A stretch of 64,000 nucleotides of DNA from Longimicrobiales bacterium. GTDB lineage: Bacteria > Gemmatimonadota > Gemmatimonadetes > Longimicrobiales > Gaopeijiaceae. Shown here piece after piece: positions 59,344-64,000 of the stretch. Position 1 is the first letter of the stretch. Each line of letters opens with the position of its first letter. The translations under genes were made by a program, and so were the position numbers. The notes beneath the pieces are model-generated. The model was not told the DNA's origin and did not search any database. It worked only from the letters and a program-made list of their open reading frames with translations. The stretch lies in NCBI GenBank assembly GCA_965116905.1, contig OZ220732.1, positions 3,328,001-3,392,000 on the forward strand, in the 5' to 3' direction.

Positions 59344-59365
59344 CTGCTCGATCCTCCCCTGTCTG

Positions 59366-59647
59366 CTATTCTGCCAGTGCGTTCTCGATTTTCCCGGCCA
59401 GGGCCGTTGCGCGGGCGCGCGTGCGGGCCTCCTGCCGAAACAGTTCGTCGGAAAGCGCGAGCGCGGCCAGGATCGCGGTCTTCTTCGCGTCGAGCCCCGT
59501 CTCTCCGCCGATTTCGCGCATGCGCTCGTCCACCAGCGCGGCGCAGCGCCGGGTATACTCTTCGTCGGCGTCGGTGCGCAGCGTGTAGGTCTCTCCCGCG
59601 ATCCGGACCTGGATCGCGTGGCGTGATCCATCCCTCGGCCCGCTCAT
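59366..59647 (-). CDS. zapA: Cell division protein ZapA
   Basis: VRIAGETYTL..VDERM..AILAAL..DELF, downstream of pheT. Confidence 0.88.
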   Translation of the reverse strand: MSGPRDGSRHAIQVRIAGETYTLRTDADEEYTRRCAALVDERMREIGGETGLDAKKTAILAALALSDELFRQEARTRARATALAGKIENALAE

Positions 59648-59958
59648 CGCCGATCCTCCAGGAAACGAATGCTGGCCAGCATCCGGTCGACGCCCTCCCG
59701 CCCCTGCTCGATCCGGGCCCGGAGACTTTCGTTTTCGGCCTCCAGCTCCGCGACGCGGCTGGCAAGCGCGCCAGGGTCCTCGCGTCCGTCCACGAATTGG
59801 CGCAGCAGCTGCTCGTTTCGCTCGGCGCGCGCCTCCGCCTGCGCGGCCCGCTCCCGGGCCACACGCACCTCCTCTACCGCGCGCTCCACCGCCGACTCCA
59901 GCGGGTCCAAAGCCGGAACCCGGGGTACGGCCGAGAACTCACCTCCTCGGTTCGACAC
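59644..59958 (-). CDS. ZapB-like coiled-coil protein
   Basis: Heptad pattern (LEAENESLRARI) and position between pheT and zapA. Confidence 0.7.
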   Translation of the reverse strand: MSNRGGEFSAVPRVPALDPLESAVERAVEEVRVARERAAQAEARAERNEQLLRQFVDGREDPGALASRVAELEAENESLRARIEQGREGVDRMLASIRFLEDRR

Positions 59959-62437
59959 CGGTCTTCTCCTTTACTGTTCTGAGCACGCGGCGGCACACCT
60001 TGTCCACTTCCCTGTCCGTCAGGGTCCGTCCCCGCGCGCGGAAACGCAAGCGCAGCGCCACGGAACGCGTCCCGGGAGGCAGGTCGTCTCCCTCGTAGAC
60101 ATCGAAGACATCTCCGGTTTCCAGCAACCGGCCCGCGGCCCTCCTCGCGGCGCCAAGCACCGCGCCGGCAGGCGTGCCGGCGGGAACCAGAAACGCCATG
60201 TCGCGCTGGACCGCGGGCTGATCGGGCAGGTCCCGGGCGGTCACGTCGGGACGGGGAGCGGGCACCGCCGGAAGCACGACCTCGGCCCCCACCACCGCAC
60301 CCGCCCAGCGCGGAAGGTCCATCCGCTCGGGGCGTACCTGGCCGCCCCATCCCACCACGTCCCCGCCACCGGATACGACCTCGTAGCACCTCCCCCGCGT
60401 GAACAGGCGCGGCGTTGCCCAGGGCGAATCCGCTTCCCGGCGCGAAGCCTCTTCGGGGCCGGAGCGTGCGCCCTCCGCGCGCGCAGGCACGACCGCGGCA
60501 CCCGGGCACGCTTCCCGGACGATCAGTTCCAGCACACCGGCGATATCGTGCACGTCGAACGGCTCGGCTTCGGACGACCAGTGGGGCGGCGTGCGCCCCC
60601 CGGTGAGCACCACCGCCACCCGGGACGACTCGGCGGGAGGGCCTTCGCCCGATGGCGCGAATGCGGTCCCGATCTCAAAGAGGCGCACATCGCGCACGCC
60701 CCGGGACATGTTCCTCTCCACGTGCGCGAGCAGCCCCGGAAGACGATCCCGGCGAAGATGGCTCTCGTCCCGCGACATCGGGTTGAGGAGGGCCACGTCG
60801 CCGTGCCGCTCCGGCCCCAGCGCGGGAGTCTGCGCCTCGCTGATGCCGTTGGCCGCAAGCAGGACCCGCAGGCGGTCCTCGAGCTGGAAGAGGGGATGAT
60901 CGGCGACGGCACCGGTCCGCGCCGGGGACATCACCGCCGGGAAGGCATCGTAGCCGTGCGTGCGGGCCACCTCCTCGATCAGGTCCACTTCGCGCAGCGT
61001 GTCGTAGCTGCGGTGGCCGGGAACCGTCACGTCGAGCCGGTCCGCGCCCGCCGTCTCGACCGCGTAGCCGAGCGGGGCCAGGAGCTCCGAGATCGCTTCC
61101 GGGGTGAAATCGACGCCGAGCACGTGGCTGACGCGGGACGGCCGCAAACTCACGACCGGCGGCGTCCAGGGACGGGGGTGGGCATCGATGATCTCCCCGT
61201 CGAGCGTCCCGCCCGCGGTGGCCAGAATCAGCTGCGTGGCCCTCAACACCGCCACCTCCATCGAGGCGGGATCCACCCCGCGTTCGAAGCGGTAGCTCGC
61301 GTCGGTCGACATCGCCAGCGCGCGGCGGGTCGCACGCACCTGTCGCGGTTCGAAGAGCGCGCACTCCAGCAGGATGTCCGAGGAGTGCTCCGACACCTCG
61401 GAGTCCCGGCCGCCCATCACGCCGGCGATCGCGACGGGCTGCCGGGCGTCGCGGATCATGAGCATGTCCGGAGTGATCGCCCGCGTCTCGCCGTCGAGCG
61501 TCACCAGCGATTCCCCGGGACGGGCGCGCCCGACCACGATGGTGGCGTCGGCCAGCTTCTCCAGGTCGAAGGCATGCAGGGGCTGGCCCAGTTCCAGCAT
61601 GACGTAGTTCGTCGCATCGACGACGTTGTTGATGGGACGCGCCCCGGCCGCGCGCAGGCGGTCGGCCAGCCAGGCCGGCGACGGACCAACGGTGACCCCG
61701 CGGATCACCGCCCCGAGATAGCGGGAACACAGTTCCGGGTCCTCGATCCGGATGCGGCACCCCGCCGAAGCGGCCTCGGCGCGCCCGCGCGCGAACGAAG
61801 CCGCCTGCCCGGCCGTCTGTCCCGACATCGGCGGCGCCGCCGGCCCACCCTCGCCGCCCGGTAACGGCGGCAACGCGATCCCTCCCTGCCCCGCCGGATG
61901 GAGTTCCCGCGCGATGCCCACGTGCGAGAGGAGGTCTCCGCGGTTCGGGGTCACCTCCACCTCCATCCGGACGTCGTCGAGTCCGACCGAGGCCGCGAAG
62001 GGCGCCCCCACCTCGTAATCCCCCTCGAGCAGCATGATCCCCGCATGGTCCTCGCCCAGCTCGAGCTCCCGCTCGGAACAGAGCATCCCCTCGCTGTAGT
62101 GCCCGCGGATCTTGCGCTTCCCGATCCGGAGTCCACCGGGGAGCACCGCGCCCACCGGTGCGAAGGGATAGTGCGCTCCCACCCGCACCACAGGGGCACC
62201 GCACACCACCGGCACCTCTCCATCGGGCCCGGCCACCCGGCACAGCGTGAGCCTGTCCGCGTTCGGGTGCGGGCCGGCTTCCAGGACGCGGCCGATCACG
62301 ATGTCCTTCAGCCCCTCGGCCAGGTCCACCGCGTCCTCGACCGGCGCCCCCCGCAGCGCGAGGCGCTCCATCGTCTCCGCGGCACCGAGTCCGATGCCGG
62401 GGGCCACATCGCGGACCCAGCGGAACGAGACCTTCAC
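59939..62437 (-). CDS. pheT: Phenylalanine-tRNA ligase beta subunit
   Basis: HPNADRL, SEGMLCS, TPNRGD, INNVVDATNY, RFERGVD and RDMAF. Confidence 0.97.
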   Translation of the reverse strand: MKVSFRWVRDVAPGIGLGAAETMERLALRGAPVEDAVDLAEGLKDIVIGRVLEAGPHPNADRLTLCRVAGPDGEVPVVCGAPVVRVGAHYPFAPVGAVLPGGLRIGKRKIRGHYSEGMLCSERELELGEDHAGIMLLEGDYEVGAPFAASVGLDDVRMEVEVTPNRGDLLSHVGIARELHPAGQGGIALPPLPGGEGGPAAPPMSGQTAGQAASFARGRAEAASAGCRIRIEDPELCSRYLGAVIRGVTVGPSPAWLADRLRAAGARPINNVVDATNYVMLELGQPLHAFDLEKLADATIVVGRARPGESLVTLDGETRAITPDMLMIRDARQPVAIAGVMGGRDSEVSEHSSDILLECALFEPRQVRATRRALAMSTDASYRFERGVDPASMEVAVLRATQLILATAGGTLDGEIIDAHPRPWTPPVVSLRPSRVSHVLGVDFTPEAISELLAPLGYAVETAGADRLDVTVPGHRSYDTLREVDLIEEVARTHGYDAFPAVMSPARTGAVADHPLFQLEDRLRVLLAANGISEAQTPALGPERHGDVALLNPMSRDESHLRRDRLPGLLAHVERNMSRGVRDVRLFEIGTAFAPSGEGPPAESSRVAVVLTGGRTPPHWSSEAEPFDVHDIAGVLELIVREACPGAAVVPARAEGARSGPEEASRREADSPWATPRLFTRGRCYEVVSGGGDVVGWGGQVRPERMDLPRWAGAVVGAEVVLPAVPAPRPDVTARDLPDQPAVQRDMAFLVPAGTPAGAVLGAARRAAGRLLETGDVFDVYEGDDLPPGTRSVALRLRFRARGRTLTDREVDKVCRRVLRTVKEKTGVEPRR

Positions 62438-62456
62438 CGTCCAGCCTCCCCGGCCC

Positions 62457-63467
62457 TCACCTGAACTGCCCCAGAAAGCGCATGTCGTTCTCGTAGAAGA
62501 GTCTGAGGTCGCGCACCCCATGCCTCAGGAGCGCGACCCGGGCCGGCCCCATCCCGAAGGCCCAGCCGGTGTAGCGCTCCGAATCGTATCCCACGTTGTC
62601 GAGCACCGCCGGATCGACCATGCCCGCGCCCATGATCTCGATCCAGTCGGTCTCCTCCTCCCGCCCGTCCTCGCGCACGATGATCCTCTTGACGTCCACC
62701 TCGGCGGACGGCTCGGTGAAGGGGAAGAACGACGGACGGAACCGCACGCGGGTTCCCGGTCCCCAGAAGCGCCGCGCGAACTCGGCCAGGGTGGCCTTGA
62801 AGTCCACGAAGGTCACTCCCTCGTCGACCACGAGCCCCTCGATCTGCGCAAAGGCGGGTGTATGGGTCGCGTCGTAGGTGTCCCTGCGGTAGACCATGCC
62901 CGGCGCGACAATGCGAATCGGCGGGGCGTGCTGTTCCATGGTGCGAATCTGCACCGGCGAGGTGTGGCTTCTGAGCAGCAGGCCCGGCGCGAGGTAGAGC
63001 GTGTCCTGCTCGTCCGCCGCGGGATGATCGAGGGGCGTGTTGAGCGCGACGAAATTGTACCACTCCGTATCGACCTCGGGGCCCCGGGCTCTGGTGAACC
63101 CCAGACTGCGGAAGATCGACCAGATGTCGTCGATGACCCGGGTGACGGGATGAATGGTGCCCTGCCAGCCCGTCCGCGCGGGCAGCGTCAGGTCCGGGCC
63201 TTCCCGGCCGGACGCGCCATCCCGCGACAGCGCCGTTCGCCTCTCCTCCAAGGCCTTGTCGACGGCACCCTTGACCCGGTTCGCCTCGGCCCCGGCCGCC
63301 GGCCGCTCCTCGGGACTCAGTCCGCCCAGGCGCCTGAGAAACCCGGAAACCAGGCCATCCCTGCGGCCCAGATAGCGGACGCGAACCTCTTCAAGCGCGG
63401 CCTGATCGCGGGCCGCACGGACTGCCGCAATGGCGTCCTCCTCCAGCCTCCTCAGGTCCTCGATCAC
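62457..63467 (-). CDS. pheS: Phenylalanine-tRNA ligase alpha subunit
   Basis: LLRSHTSPVQIR, RFRPSFFPFTEPS and GWAFGMG. Confidence 0.97.
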   Translation of the reverse strand: MIEDLRRLEEDAIAAVRAARDQAALEEVRVRYLGRRDGLVSGFLRRLGGLSPEERPAAGAEANRVKGAVDKALEERRTALSRDGASGREGPDLTLPARTGWQGTIHPVTRVIDDIWSIFRSLGFTRARGPEVDTEWYNFVALNTPLDHPAADEQDTLYLAPGLLLRSHTSPVQIRTMEQHAPPIRIVAPGMVYRRDTYDATHTPAFAQIEGLVVDEGVTFVDFKATLAEFARRFWGPGTRVRFRPSFFPFTEPSAEVDVKRIIVREDGREEETDWIEIMGAGMVDPAVLDNVGYDSERYTGWAFGMGPARVALLRHGVRDLRLFYENDMRFLGQFR

Positions 63468-63533
63468 GGATCGCCGCGCAGCCGGACGCACCCGCGGGAT
63501 CCGTCATCCGCGGGTTCCCGTCGCCGCCCTGTG

Positions 63534-63893
63534 CTACCTGTCGAGGGCCGACTTCGCCCGATCCGCGAGCGACGCGAAGGCGTCCGGACTCCGAATCGCC
63601 AGGTCGGCGAGCGCCTTGCGGTCCAGCTCGACTCCGGCCCGCCGCAGCCCGTTCATGAAGCGGGAATACGAAAGGTCGTTCTGGCGGGCCGCGGCGTTGA
63701 TCCGGGTAATCCACAGGCGCCGGAAGTTGCGCTTCTTCTTCTTCCGGTCCCGGTAGGCATGCTCCCACCCCTTCTCCACGGCGTCCTTGGCCGTCCGGTA
63801 CAGGTTCTTGCGCCCTCCGAAGTAGCCCTTCGCGGACCCGAGGACCTTCTTCTTCCGCTTATTCCGTGCGACGGCGCGAGTCGAACGCGGCAT
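63534..63893 (-). CDS. rplT: 50S ribosomal protein L20
   Basis: [29 protein letters not shown] and [10 protein letters not shown]. Confidence 0.98.
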   Translation of the reverse strand: MPRSTRAVARNKRKKKVLGSAKGYFGGRKNLYRTAKDAVEKGWEHAYRDRKKKKRNFRRLWITRINAAARQNDLSYSRFMNGLRRAGVELDRKALADLAIRSPDAFASLADRAKSALDR

Positions 63894-63926
63894 CGGTCTA
63901 TTCTCCTGGCAGTGACGACTGTTTGG

Positions 63927-64000
63927 CTATGATCCCGGCAACATTCGGCGGAGCCGGCCGGCGTCGGCCTTCGAGGCCGTGGTCTTGCTGCGAAGTCTGC
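63927..64000 (-). CDS. rpmI: 50S ribosomal protein L35 (C-terminal end only)
   Basis: Manual translation ...RLRSKTTASKADAGRLRRMLPGS*, immediately upstream of rplT. Confidence 0.8.
   Translation of the reverse strand, partial: RLRSKTTASKADAGRLRRMLPGS

Overview
High-GC (~70% by eye) bacterial chromosomal segment. Gene content and order suggest Gemmatimonadota, possibly a host/sponge-associated lineage (inference only). Most of it is housekeeping and metabolic: a DUF1592/DUF1552 pair, a kinase-M23-aminotransferase fusion, pdxH, rpe, rpiA, aroF, argR/argG/argH with an ARG box, a TonB receptor, an osmoprotectant-type ABC operon, ybbP/ybbA/tesA, rho, hutIFUH, tRNA-Gly/tRNA-Cys, and the rpmI-rplT-pheST-zapB-zapA-rny-folD-xseAB-ispA-nadK-recN block. 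No CRISPR array, transposase or integrase was seen. Most notable: (1) two apparently separate small ORFs are one AhpD/CMD-family selenoprotein (C-F-Y-U, in-frame UGA plus SECIS-like hairpin) that heads an ATGA-overlapped operon with hutH and hutU; (2) an orphan soxC/soxD-like sulfite dehydrogenase lies between zapA and rny; (3) an isolated sigma70-region-4/winged-helix protein has a near-consensus promoter containing palindromes; (4) short degenerate tandem duplications are pervasive, frame-preserving inside CDSs, and two of them create ladders of five in-frame start codons; (5) a ~150-nt rod-like hairpin lies upstream of rho. All family calls are from recognised motifs, not database searches. 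Start codons were chosen by eye.
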